Part shown: positions 1 through 14,593 of the stretch, piece after piece
Layout: each line of letters starts with the position of its first letter
How positions within the stretch are numbered: position 1 is the first letter of the stretch
DNA from: the human T2T-CHM13v2.0 reference genome, Homo sapiens
NCBI RefSeq assembly: GCF_009914755.1
Contig: NC_060947.1
Strand: one strand, 5' to 3'
DNA length: 64,000 nt
Program-made: the position numbers and the translations under genes
Notes under the pieces: model-generated
Seen by the model: the letters and a program-made list of their open reading frames with translations, nothing else
Database searches by the model: none
What the model was told of the DNA's origin: nothing

Positions 1-61
1 CTCATTCTGTGGGGTGGATGCTGCCTCTGAATGATGGTGACTAAGCAATTTGACAGGGTGC

Positions 62-171
62 TGTCAAAGGCAAACCACAATTGGACAGTAATTAAAGTGG
101 CAAGAACAAATTTTATTCAGGACTATTGCAATAGGAGACCTCATATAGAACTGAGCTCAACTTTGAATACA
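62..171 (-). mobile_element. Truncated ERV1 LTR fragment (MER31-like)
   Basis: TGTCAAAG...TTTTATTCAGGACTATTGCAATAGG...ATAGAACTGAGCTCAA resembles the recalled MER31 LTR end; stops abruptly at L1 sequence. Confidence 0.5.
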
Positions 172-2741
172 TTGATCAGTTCTAAGAGCCTTTTGGAGGA
201 GTCTTACGGTTTTCTAGGTATATGATCATATAATTGACAGCAGTCACAGGCTGTTCAAAGCAGCCACTGCTGTCACTCCAGCTGCAGTGGGGTGGTGTGG
301 GTGGTGGCAGTGGGAGTGGCTGCGGGAGCAGCAGTGGTGGTGATGGGACCTCTGCGTCCCATGTCCCCTGTGCCCCATGTCCCCGAGGCAGCTGACTACA
401 CTGCCCTTACCCTCACAAAGCCAGGAGGGGCCCACTCCCAGGCCCAGAGCCTCCTCTGCTCTGGACCCTGGCCCCATGTGACTGCTCTTGCTCACCACCA
501 CTGTGGGGAGGGTGTGGCAGGGAGGCCGACAGTACCTGGAACCCACCACCCTAGGGGCCATTGTGATGGTGCTCGGCCAAGCTGCCTGCCAGCTGCAGAA
601 CAGTGTGGTCGGACATGGAGGAGCGGCCAGAGCGGGGCCCACTGAGGACCTGGAGCCCCTCCCCACCACAGCTGCAAGGAGGCATGGCCGGGGCTGTGTG
701 CTCCTTGGAGCTGGTGGGAGGCAGGGACAATCAGGAACCCTGCTGTTTCTGAGTTGGCAGGGTGGGAACTCCCTGGTGCAGCTGCAGCTGCCCTGCCACA
801 GCTGCGGATGCAGGCATCTATGCACTCTTGGGAGCCTGGGAAGACCCTCTACCACACTGCAGGCTCAGAAGTGCCTGCTCCTGCTGCCTGGCTTCTCCCC
901 ACTGTCAGTGCCAGCTCCAATTCAGAGCAAAGTCAGGGCCAAGCCTGGGTGCTGTTGCAGCCCAGCCGGGTGTGCACACAGCCAGGGGCAGCACTGACAT
1001 GCCAGCCCCCTGCTGCCTCTGCCCCCTCCAAACTTTGGGTGCTGACAAGCATGGGAGGGAGGCTGAGGGGGTGCTGAGGACAGTCCAGTGCTTGTCTGCA
1101 GGTGCCCCTTGGCATGAATAGCCTGGGTGCCTGAACAGCGGCAGGAGGCAGACAGACTTCTGGGTGGAAGGGGTTGGGCCCCTGGTGAAGCCCCACCTTC
1201 AATCCAGGGAAGTCCTGAAGCCTGGGGACTGGGCCGCCAGTCCCGCCGACTGGAGGGAGAACTTGTGGTGCTTTTCCCTGGGCCCACCCATGGCTGCCCA
1301 TGGACCAGTCAGCATGCACATCCTCCTCTCTGAAGCACACAAAAACCCTGGACTCAGCCATACTCAAGCAGAGGACAGAAGACAGAGAAATGATGGGGAG
1401 ATGACAGGATGACCAGCTGCAAAGAGGAGCTACCCCCTCTGCTGAGAGCTGAGCACTTGTTGGGGCACCCTAGCTATGGAGAGGAACTGCTTACTATGGA
1501 GAGGAACTGCCCACTATGGGTCTTCTCTGAGCTATTCTATTGCTCAATAAAGTGTCTCTTCGTCTTGCTCACCCTCCACTTGTCTGCATATCTCATTCTT
1601 CCTGGACACAGGACAAGAACACAGGACCCAGGAAATGGCAGGGCTGAAAGAGCTGTAATACAAACAGGGCTGAAACACATCCCTTGCTCACCACATTGCG
1701 GGTGACAAGGAGGAGAGAAGAGAGGAGCGAAGGGGAGAAGACCTGTAGCCCTCTGGGGAACCCAGACCTGGGAGCTCCCTGAGTCAGGGCTGTGACTCTT
1801 CTTTGGGGCCCTGTGGTTCCTGGAGTCTCCAAGCATCTGAGTACCACTCCGTTCCCCGGTGCCAGCTGTGGAAGCTGCTTGCAATGCGCCTAGTCCAGCT
1901 GCAGCCTCACAGTGAGCCAGTACCCATGCTGGCACCTAGAGCTGCCTGCCCCGCTGCAGTAGCTGACGTGTCTCACTGTGTGCAGTGGCTGGACCCCACG
2001 ATTGGCTCCCTGGCTCACATACCCCTCACCGCTCTGCTTCCGTCTTTTTGGAGGTGTGGGATCCAGGCCAGTAGCACGAGCTGAGCACAGCCTGCCAGGC
2101 TGAGTGGGCCCAGCAGGCCCAAGCAAAACTCATGCAAAGGTGCCACCAGCTACAGAGCTTTCTGGCCAGAAAAACGATACCCCCAAGGATCCCATAACAT
2201 TATCAGCAAACAGTGACAGTTTGACTTCCTCTTTACTGATTTGGATGCCCTTTATTTCATTCACTTGTCTGATCGCTCTGGCTAACACTTCCAGTACTAT
2301 GTTGAAGAAGAATGATGAGAGTGGGCATCCTTATCTTGTTCCAGTTCTCAGGGAACAACTTTCAACTTTTCTCTGTTCGGTAAAATGTTGGCCGTGGGTT
2401 TGTCATTGATGGCTTTTATTACATTGAGGTATGTCCCTTGTATGACAGTTTTGGTGAGGGTTTTAATCATAAAGTGATGCTGGATTTTGTCAAATGCTTT
2501 TGCTGTATCTATTGAGATGATCATGTGATTTTTGTTTTTCATTCCATTTATGTGGTGTATCACATTTATTGACTTGTGTGTGTTAAACCATCCCTGCAAC
2601 CCTGGTATGAAACCCACTTGATCACTGTGGAGTATCTTTTTGATATGTTGTTGGATTTCTTTAGCTAGTATTTTGTTAAGGATTTTTGCATCTATGTTCA
2701 TCAGGGATATTGGTCTGTAGTTTTCTTTTTTTATGTCCTTC
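172..2741 (-). mobile_element. L1 ORF2 internal fragment (L1PB/L1MA-type; 172-234 + 2200-2741), split by a MER52 LTR
   Basis: ORF 2348-2743(-) [22 protein letters not shown]...DQVGFIPG is L1 RT. L1 sequence reads continuously across the LTR (GATCATA|..|TTATCAGCAAACAGTGACAG). Confidence 0.9.
235..2199 (+). mobile_element. MER52-family ERV1 solo LTR (~1.97 kb)
   Basis: TG...CA termini (TGACAGCAG...CCCCAAGGATCCCATAACA), GC-rich, AATAAA near 1546, degenerate 4-bp TSD TAAT/TTAT. Confidence 0.85.
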
Positions 2742-2957
2742 AAGTTATTTTTTTTATTTCAGTTATTGTACTTTTTAACTCTCGAATTTCCATTTGGTTC
2801 TTTTTTATGATTTCTATTTATTGATGTTCTGTATTTGATAGGTCATTGTCATAAAACTTTAATTATTTAAACATGGTTTCCTTTTAATTATTTGAACAAA
2901 TTTATAATAGCTCCTTTGAAATCTTTGTCTGCTAAGTTGTACACATGGGCTCCCCAC

Positions 2958-3254
2958 TTTTTTTTTTTAAGGCATGGTCTCGCTCTGTTGCCTAGGCTGC
3001 AGTGCAGTGGCATGATTATGGCTCACTGCAGCCTCAACTTCCTGGGCTCAAGCAATCCTCTTGCCTCAGCCTTCAGAGTATCTGAGACTACAGGTGCACA
3101 TCACCATGCCCAGTTAATTATTTTATTTTATTTCTGTAGAGGTGAGGTCTTGCTTTGTTGTCCAGACTGGTCTCAAACTCCTGGGCTCAAGGTATCCTTC
3201 TACCTCAGCCTTCCAAAGTGCTAGGATTATAGGCATGAGCTACTGCACCTGGTC
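2958..3254 (-). mobile_element. AluJ
   Basis: polyT head, CTCACTGCAGCCTC..CTGGGCTCAAGC, TSD ~CACATGGGC(T)CCC. Confidence 0.93.
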
Positions 3255-3644
3255 AGCACATGGGCCCCTTGAAAGCAATTTCTGTTTTGTGTTTTCTTGT
3301 TTGAATGATACAAGAATCATTATCCCATTTCTTCCCAAGACTCATAACTTTTTGTTGAACACTAGATATTTCAGATAATATAGCAACTCTGGATTCTTAT
3401 TTATTCTGTACTCCCTCTGAGGCTTAGTGATATCACAGATTTGTGTTAGCTTATTTGTTTAGTGTCTTGCCTAGACCAATTCTATGAAGTATATTTCCCT
3501 CTCAGTGTGCAGTCTCTGACAACACTACTCAGTTTGTTTTTTCTCCTTGGTTTTATTTTTTAAGGCTAATTGCCTAGGAGTTGCCCCTGGGTCAGTATGG
3601 CTTAGTGTTCAATCAATGATTATTCCAAGGTTGTGCTTATGCTG

Positions 3645-4363
<719 letters not shown>

Positions 4364-4502
4364 TGCTCCTTGAGCCAATAAGGGTTCAAGACTTAGCTGT
4401 TGGATCTGAGTAGCTTTGGGGATGCTTTCAATTCTGCCGCATGTTCTAGTAGGGACCAGTAGCTTTCAAATGCCTGCTTCAGTTGCTCATAGACTGGAGG
4501 AC

Positions 4503-4604
4503 TTATCCCTTAGGATCAGGGAGGCTGTGTGTATATGCCAGGATGCACCTACTAGTAAGTGCAGCCTGGCATAAATACACAGCCTCCCTGATCCTAAGGG
4601 ATAA
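4503..4604. repeat. 102-bp near-perfect inverted repeat (palindrome)
   Basis: Two 51-bp arms with 4 mismatches and no spacer; centre TACT|AGTA. Confidence 0.95.
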
Positions 4605-6015
4605 ACATGATTTTAACAGGGTACTTTTTCGCCGTCCTTTCCACTGGTTCCCTTTGTGAGAATTCTGGCTGATTTGCTGTTTTGTCTGTTGGTATTGGTT
4701 TCATGGAAATATTAGTCTTCTCTTAATTGCCTGACATGAAAGTTGTTCTTGTTTTTCACTACACCTTAAGGCATGGGTTCCTCCATACTCTGTTCCAAAT
4801 AAAACCAGCCCCTCACTAGAGCTGTGGAGCTATGAGCCCTCCAGTCTTGCCCCTCCCCTTGGGCAGAACCTCTGTGCATTGCACTAGAGATACAGCTGGG
4901 GCAGGGATGGTGGCTTACATCTCCCAAAATGATGCCTCTACTCTGCAAATTGGAGCTGAAAGGGACTGTAGCTCCTGTCTTGTCTGATTGCCCTTCCCTA
5001 TATGGAACCTCTTTCCTATGAGTGGGATCTGGAGTGGGTATTGCTACTGGGTCCACAGCATTGCCTTGCCTGGGGTACAACCTCTACTCTGTGAATGGGA
5101 GCTGGGTGAGGGGAAGGGAGCCCTCATCTTCTTTGTAGTGGAATAGACCTTGTGTAACACAGAGCTGGTGGTGGGGGTAGGGGGATGAGAGATGCTTGTG
5201 ACCTTTCCCTCCACAGGTGAAACTGTAGTGCCAAAACTGGGATCTGTGGGTGAAGGGAGCCCTCATGTTCTTGGCCACACTCTCCTGAGGTTATAGCTTC
5301 TGTAACATGGAGTTGGGAGGGTTGAGGGGGAGGGGTGAAAGCAGGTTCTAGTTCAAGTGCCATAGACTTGTGCTGTTCTTACCAAGATGTATTAGGTTTT
5401 CTTAAATAAATGCCTTTTGATTTGCTGTATGACCTTAGATTGACCTCCAAAAACTTTAAATGGCTGTGTTTAATACTTTTCACCAGTTAAATGACTGGTT
5501 TACTGTAGAGAGGTCCACCAAGCTCCTCACACTGTTTTAGAAGTCCCATTCTGTCTCACTATTCTTGCTGATAATTACCATGATCCATCAAAATGACTTA
5601 ACAGACAAAATGCAGCAAATGTAATGTTCAGAAAGCCCATTTTCTACAATTGTGTCCATGCCTCAGCTGTGCCTGCCAATGCAGGTCTGTGTTCCATTGG
5701 TGACCCATGTTCTCTTTCATCCTTGGATGCTTGAAAGCCTTAGTTTAAGACCAGAACAACCTAAGAGGAGTTGTCCTGAAACTGCCTATATGTGCACTCT
5801 TGCCTCTACAGCAACAGCCCCTTGCTTGCTCATGGATAAAACTGTCATAAGCTATAGTCACTGGTCGAGGACAAAGCACCATGGCCACCTTAAAGCCTTT
5901 CACATAGGACAGAGCTGAATATTCTCCTCCAGCTTTCAAGGCTAGAAGGCTTTAGCTACTCACTGATGGTCCAGCCCAAAGCCTATAGGTTCCGGCTTCA
6001 ACAAGAGTCTCAGTC

Positions 6016-6731
<716 letters not shown>

Positions 6732-7143
6732 CAGTTACTTTATGAATTTTTACTTCCCCAAATTCTGGTGTTTTAAATTTTTATATTAATGTTCCCAGAT
6801 GATATACAAAAACTATTGAGATCCTAAGCTACTTTCATCGAAATACAGCTCTTCCCCACCTCAATTGCTCTGTGATTTTTAAGGCACGCAAACCCTGTCA
6901 GAGAGGGTTTCCCTCTGTCTTCTTTTAGGTATATTCCCATTAGTGTTATTGATATCATTTGCTTGATCCTGAGGCCACAGTGTTTATCATCCCTGCAATG
7001 AAACAAACAGATCTCAGGAAGGATGCTGAAAAGATTATGCATTTATATGGGTTATAAAAAGCCTGTGAGCATTTCTATTCACAGGGGTCTCTCCTAGTAA
7101 ATTCTGCAGTTAAAGATGCTTCTGACTGTATGAATTACATTTA

Positions 7144-7504
<361 letters not shown>

Positions 7505-7808
7505 TCATTAGAAATTTCTAATATTGTCCATTGACTCTTGCTAAGAAATATTTGTCACAAGGCAGTTTTGTAATTGATAAAGTTAAAACGATTTTCAGAG
7601 GTAGTTTTAGGCCTTTATTTCTTTGTTGACTTTTCTAAACAGTGGTGCTGTGATTATGTTTTCACTTATTTCTTCCCCACAGGTGAGGGTCACAACCTCT
7701 TGTGCCCAGAGCATGCTGCCAGCACACATTACTACTGCTTCCCCTTATTCTGATGGAAATGATTCCTTCTTTGCCTGCAATGTTGGTATTGACTATTTTC
7801 ATAACTTC

Positions 7809-8608
7809 TGTGTTGATTACTTTTATGTGTCACCTAGACTGGGCTAAGGGGTTCTCAGATAGCTGGTAAAACATTATTTCTGGGTGCCATGGTTTAAATG
7901 TGTCCTCTCCAAAATTCAGGTGCTACCCATGTGATGGTATTAACAGGTGACTAGGTCATGAGGGTTCCTCCCTCATGAATGGGGTTAAGGTCCTCATAAA
8001 AGAGCTTCATGCAGTGTTCAGCTACTTGCCCTCCCCCCCTTCCACCATGTGAGGACACAGCGTCCCTCCCCTCCAGAGGATGCAACTCTCACTAGACAAC
8101 CAAACCTACCAGCACCTTGATCTTGGATTTCTCAAACTTCAGAACTGTGAGCCAATAAATTTCTGTCCTTTCTAAATGATCCAGTCTGTGGTATTATGTT
8201 ATAGCAGCAAAAACAGACTAAGACACTGGGTGTGTCTGTGAAGGTGTTTCTGGAAGAGATTTACATTTGAATTGCAGACTGAGTAAAGAAAAATGCCCTC
8301 CCCACTGTGGGCAGGCATCATCCAATCTATTAATGGCCTGAATAAAACAAAAAGGTAGAGGAAGAGAGAATTTACTCTCTGCTTGAACTGGGACATCCAT
8401 TTTCTCCTGTCCTCCTGCTTCTCAGGCCTTTGGGTTTAGATTGAATTACACCACCGACTTTCTTGAGCCTCCACCTTGAAGATGGCAGATCATGGGACTT
8501 CTTAGCTTCCATAATTGCATGAGCCAATTTCTCACAATAAATCTCTGTCTATATATTTATATATATATCTGATTGATTCTGTTTCTCTGCAGAATGCTGA
8601 CTAATACA
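7809..8608 (+). mobile_element. MLT2 (ERVL) solo LTR with nested MST
   Basis: TGTGTTGATTACTTTTATGTGTCA...TGACTAATACA, TSD ACTTC/GCTTC. Confidence 0.88.
7885..8225 (+). mobile_element. MST solo LTR nested in MLT2
   Basis: TGCCATGGTTTAAATG...AGACTAAGACA, perfect TSD CTGGG. Confidence 0.88.
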
Positions 8609-9711
8609 GCTTCTCATTGGAGGTAAGGGGGAAATGGTAACTGAAGTTCTTGATTGAAATCCTCCAGATTGAAGCCTTATACTTCTACCCAAACAGCCGG
8701 CAGGCATAGAAGTATTCCCTAGGCTGAACATCTTAGTGGTCACCATAGTTTTGGGAAGGCCTGAGGCAGGGTTTGTCGATTCTGCATTCAGAACAGTAAG
8801 GCTTCTTAGAGGCAACTCGAGTTTATATTAGAACACTAAATATAGATGTTCAACCACATAGCAGAAGAGAACACTGCCATGAAATAATCAGCATTTTATA
8901 GCAGTATTTATTATTGTACAGATTCAGTATTGCTTGTTCACAAAGTCATTCTTAACCACCTACAATCTGGTAAGACTGCCAGGCATACAAGAGAAGCAGA
9001 GACAGAAGTGTTTAAAATCTGAAGTAGAGAAAAAATGGATACATATAAAACACATTATGATGAAAGACTATGTATAATTATTAAATTATGAAGCTTCCTT
9101 CAAATGCAACAATACTGTGTAATAAATGATTTCTCATGTACCAAAGTTGCTAGAGGAAGTGATAGTTCAGAGTAGCTCATGGATTCCCAGAAGCTCATCT
9201 AAGAGTTCTTTGCCTGCCTGGGAGTCCATACACCCCAGATTAAGAAACTTTAAATTAGCTAGTGTCTAGGACCCTTTGTAGCTCCAAAATACTTGGAGCT
9301 TGGGCTCCTAGGCTTAGTATCAACTTCAGCTCCTTCCTATTTTTGCAAGCATGTTCTCCACTTGCCTGCCTCATGGATCTCCTTCTTTTGTCAGGAAGAC
9401 AACCCAGTGTGTTCAGTTTCACCCCTCCCTTGCTCATACCATATTTCATCTGTTCAGTGGCTCAGAAAATACCTGTGGTGCAACCACGAAGCATGGGCTC
9501 CATGACACAGCAGGGAGGCTCCCAGACAAAGCCCCGCTCCTGTGGATTGACACTCCATCTCCTAACAGAAATGGCTTTTCCTTTACTTCTTGGCTTCTCA
9601 GCTAGCTGAGTCAACCTAGCTGACCATTTTCCCTGCTTCTAAAATTCTGCATTTCCTCAGATGACGACTGAATGTTCAGCCTTCATTACGAGATGTTTCT
9701 GCAGTGAGTGA

Positions 9712-10128
<417 letters not shown>

Positions 10129-10219
10129 TAGATTTTGGTTTTGAAATTCTGTTTGACTGATTATCATATGTGTTATTCTGCCCTAAAACAGTGACTCCAG
10201 ACAGAACCTTAAGAAAATA

Positions 10220-10860
10220 CTTTGCATTTGTATGGCTCTTTAATCATTTGTGTTAAGATATTATTCTGAGACATTCTCACTATAGCCCTAGGATTTGATG
10301 AGCTAACTAGGTATGGACATTATTTCCCATTTTACATAAGGGAGGGTTGATCCCACATGAGGTAATTTCAAGGATTTGTTCTGAGTCACAGATCACAGAA
10401 ATCACAAAGTAAGAATGGATCTGAGATTTACTGGGTCCTAGGCCTAGTGTCTAGTTCCTTCAACAGGACTCTAGGATTAGGAAACACCCTCCCATCAAAA
10501 GCAATCAGCATCTCAGGTTAGAACAGAGTTTGGAGTGCTGGGAATTCTATCACTTCGGATGGAGCGAGAGACATTCAGACATTGTTGACTGGACTCTACA
10601 GGTGACTTGCAGACTTCCATTTAATTTCAGTATCCTCCTCAAAATCAGTGGCTAGCTGCACAAATAGGGATTCTCTTTAATCCTCAATTTATAATTGCTG
10701 ACAGACATTCTGGCTCCACTGCCAAGCTGTGTGGATTCCCACTTTTGGGGCCAACTTTCTTTGTGACTTCGAGGAAGTCACCAAATTGACTTTTTAGACC
10801 TAGACTTTCCTATGTGTAAAATGGAGGATAATTCCACTCTCCCTACTTATGCTTTAATAA
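10220..10860. mobile_element. MIR fragments
   Basis: Degenerate core motifs TTATTTCCCATTTTACA and TTTCCTATGTGTAAAATGGAGGATAAT. Confidence 0.45.
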
Positions 10861-11319
10861 ATCATAGCTTCTAATATAGATGTGCTGGAATAATACACAT
10901 TAACCTAAAAGGTGAAAAGATCTCACTATATCCCCAGCTCTGACAAGGTCATTCCACCAAGGTGTGGAGTGACTTTTTTGCTCTGTAGTCTTATGGAGGA
11001 CTTCTGTCTCATCTGTAAATTTGGTGCATATCATTTATAGCCTTATGCTGATCACAGCCTTGTTTCTCTTTCCTTATTGGATTATAATAATATATTTGTA
11101 TAGTCCATTGTTTTCAAAGTAGCGTCTTCCACATTGTTTCACAGAATTACTAAAATAACTTGTGACTTAGGCAGGTCAGGTGTCCAAATTTCCATTTTTC
11201 TCCCTAGCTTCTTCACCCCTTCAGTACCAGCCCCCTCATGGAGCCTCACTTTACCACCTCCTTCAGGAAGTCTGCCCTGATTGGAGCCTGAGAGAGCAAA
11301 CACTCTGCACAAAGGAAAG

Positions 11320-11433
11320 GCCTGAGAAACACTTGAATAAATACATGAATTTGTGAGCCCCCAGTAGCATCACGACATAGCCTGAGAAACACTTGAATAA
11401 ATACATTAATTTGTGAGCCCCCAGTAGCATCAC
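11320..11433 (+). repeat. Tandem duplication, 2 x 54 bp with 6-bp spacer
   Basis: 11320-11373 and 11380-11433 differ at one base. Confidence 0.95.
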
Positions 11434-13936
11434 TCTAACTTGGCAATGAAAAATAAAGGTTCTGACCTTTTTTGTTTTTCTGCTTTACCTGAGTGCAAAC
11501 ACTAAAATTTAGAAATGCGAGCAGAGCTGACATTTGGGGAATGGGCACCATAAAAACTCTTACCATGTTGTAACCTCATTATTATATCAGCATCATTTTT
11601 TTATGCAAAAGGGAAATAATGCACAACTGAAAAGATTTTTATTTCTATTTAAAGCATAGATGTTTTTAAGCAGCACTCACTACATTTTTTAAATGTGTTG
11701 AGAGGATGGAAAGTTTGGAGAGCTGGAGGCTATTTTTCAGCTTTGATATGGATGGACTATGTGGTACTCTCTGAGATTTTCTATGTTTTTTTTCCCCCAG
11801 GAGGTTAAAATGATACCTTTTTGTATAATGTGAAAGGTGTGTTTGAGGGAACTTGGGGAGCAAAGGTAATTATTCCGATGATTCAATCCAAAACCCATTC
11901 TGTCATGAAGGAGGAAAACAAAGTGTAGAGTTGGACCTGAGCTGTCCAGATTGCCAGTTGACATAACTCACATTCACAGAATGCATTATTCCTTTGCTTG
12001 TTTTGCTAGAGCACCTTTCAGGTGTGCCTATTAGTCTGTTAAGACTGATAAGTAAATCAGTGTCTTATAACCAAAGAATAGCAGAGATCTGAGAAGCTCT
12101 GACTCCCTGGAGTTGCTGGGTTTATAAAGCATTTCCACCTTCCAAAGGCATGCCCTAAACTAGCACTCAAGAGGAAGGGAGAAGAAAAGGAGCACTTGTG
12201 TGCTGAACATTGTGTTGGGTGTTTTACAGGACTTCTTCCCTCTTTTAATTCTCACAACACCACTCTGAGATCAGAATTTACAGATGACAAGACTAAAGCT
12301 TTAATAGATTAAGGTGCCCACAAAGAGTGGGCCAACCTGAGATGAGAACCTCAGAAACTGCAAATTCCTGATGTCCTTGAGCCATCGACTACAATTCCAC
12401 CTGCTTCTGGAGCATTCTAGGTGTGATTCAAGTTAGTGCATTATTAGTCAGATTCATTATTGAGCACCCACAATGTGCAGGCATAATACCAGGAGCTGAA
12501 GACACTAAGATGAATAAGGCAAGACCTCACCTGTTGAGGAATCGAGTATGGTACCAGGGGAGCCTGAAACACATCTTCATGACAGTAGTATTGCTGTGGG
12601 ACTGCAAAGGAGGAGCTGATCAGCAGTTTCCTGGAAAAGTTCTTAAGGGCCACAGTAGGAGAGAGAAATCTGAAATCCTGGGGTCACCTGAACAAGAGTC
12701 TCTTCTCTTCTGCACTAGATCACATGGTTATATGGAGAACCTCACCAGAAAGACCCTGGCATTTGATCACAGGAAGACTGGGCCCAAATCCTAGCTGTAG
12801 TATTTATAATGTGTGCTGCATGGCACAAGTTACTTAACCTCTCTGAGTCTTGGGGCTTGCCTTTGTAAAAATATTAGGATAAAAATGCCAGCTTTATGGA
12901 ATTGTTGTGAAGCAGAAATCTCAAGATGCTTTTTGTATCTTAGTCCTTGTCTGTCTTCTTTCTAGTCTACAATATTGCTTCTTGCTGTGCACTAACCATT
13001 GTGAGATTCTCTGTATAACCACGTAGCCTAGTGCAGAAGAGACTCTGATCCAGGTGACCCTAGAGTTTTAGATGAAAATGTGCCAATTTGCATCTAAGGT
13101 CCTCCAGACAGAGCACCCTCTGAGGACATAATCTATGGGAAAGCAGGCCAATAATACTCACTACTTCAGGTGAAAAGAGACCAGGCCCAGGAGGCACACA
13201 GGCTGGGCACTATAAAATAAACTGGAGAAAGATCAGCACCAGGTTTTTGCCAGGATACTCAGGTGTAACACCTCAGTGACTTGGTGGAAAACAAATTGGG
13301 AATAACACTTGCCGATGATAATATTTGGGTGCCAATAAAGAGGGGCAGATGATTAATATTAACATGCTGGGGCTGAGAAGACAGACATAATATCTAACCT
13401 CCCCAGGAGGAAGGCTGGCCTTGGAATGGGTTACATTCCCCGAAAGCCCCAGGCTGCTAATGAGATAGATTACCCAGCTGCAGCTAATGAGAAAGGGGCT
13501 AATGAGTCTGCAGATCACTGGCCAGCCTTAGCCATAGGTCACCAAGCAGGGAGACTACTGCCCTTTTTTATAGAATCATTCATTTGAAGTAATAGGTGTG
13601 ATGTGGCGTTTGCTTCTTGGCTCCTTAATAGTGACACTGTTTCTTTATCCTGGTCAGGTTGCCACAGGGAAGTTCTGTGATTAACTGATTGGAATGAGAT
13701 GCCTCCTGGGAAGGCCACAGATGATTTGTGGGTGGGAGAGGGAGACATGGACAGAATGGGGCCCATTGAGAATACAGACATTCTCTAGGCTCTGCAGTGT
13801 GAACCCTGGGTGAAGGGTACATCCTAGATTCCCAGATTTAGACAGATAGTGGGAGCAGAAGTGTATGAATATCTGAATTTTTGCCATGCAAACAACAGTC
13901 CGGCTTTATAAGTGACCTTGACCACAATCATGGTTT

Positions 13937-14593
13937 TGTTTGGGGGTCCCCAATACCACCTTCAGGTTCAATTATTTGCTAGAAGCACTCACAGAGCTAA
14001 GCAAAGCTATTGTACTCATGGTTATTGTTTATTACAGTGAAAGGATACAGATTAAAATCAGCAATGGAAAAAAGTGCATAGGGAAGAGCCCAGGAGAGAC
14101 CAGGTACCAGTTTCCTGTTGTGGTCTCCCAATGAAATTTTATGAACAGCACTTAATTCTCCCAGCAATGATGTGTGAATATATATGGAGTATTGTTAACT
14201 GGTGAAACTCACTTGAGCCTTGGTGTCCAAGGTTTTTACTGGGGGTTGGTCATATAGGCATGGAATATTCATGTGACTGATCTTACCTTAATCTTCAGCC
14301 CCCAGAGTTCAAACTGATACACAAGCGATCCTCCGACCTCAGCCCCCAAAGTGGCTGAGAGTACAGGCACGCACCACCATGCCCAGCTAATGAGTCACAT
14401 GGCCCAAGGCAATAAGTCACACTGTTAGCATAAACTATCTCACCTGACCTCTCAGATGAACAAAGACACTCTCAACAGGCAGGATATTCCAAGGGTTTAG
14501 AAGTCCCAGGAGCCTGGGTCAAAGGATCAAATATTTCTCGGGAGCTTACAGAGTTTGCACAACTCAGACCTTCTGAGTTAATTCTTTACTGCA
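13937..14593 (-). mobile_element. MER21 (C-like) LTR
   Basis: Reverse complement reads TGCAGTAAAGAATTAACTCAG...CCCTTGGAATATCCTGCCTG..GAGTGTCTTTGTT..ATAGTTTATGCTAACA. Confidence 0.8.

Noticed and set aside
244-2126. Many overlapping 100-200 aa ORFs
   Set aside because: All lie within the GC-rich MER52 LTR; stop-poor frames on both strands with no recognisable domain
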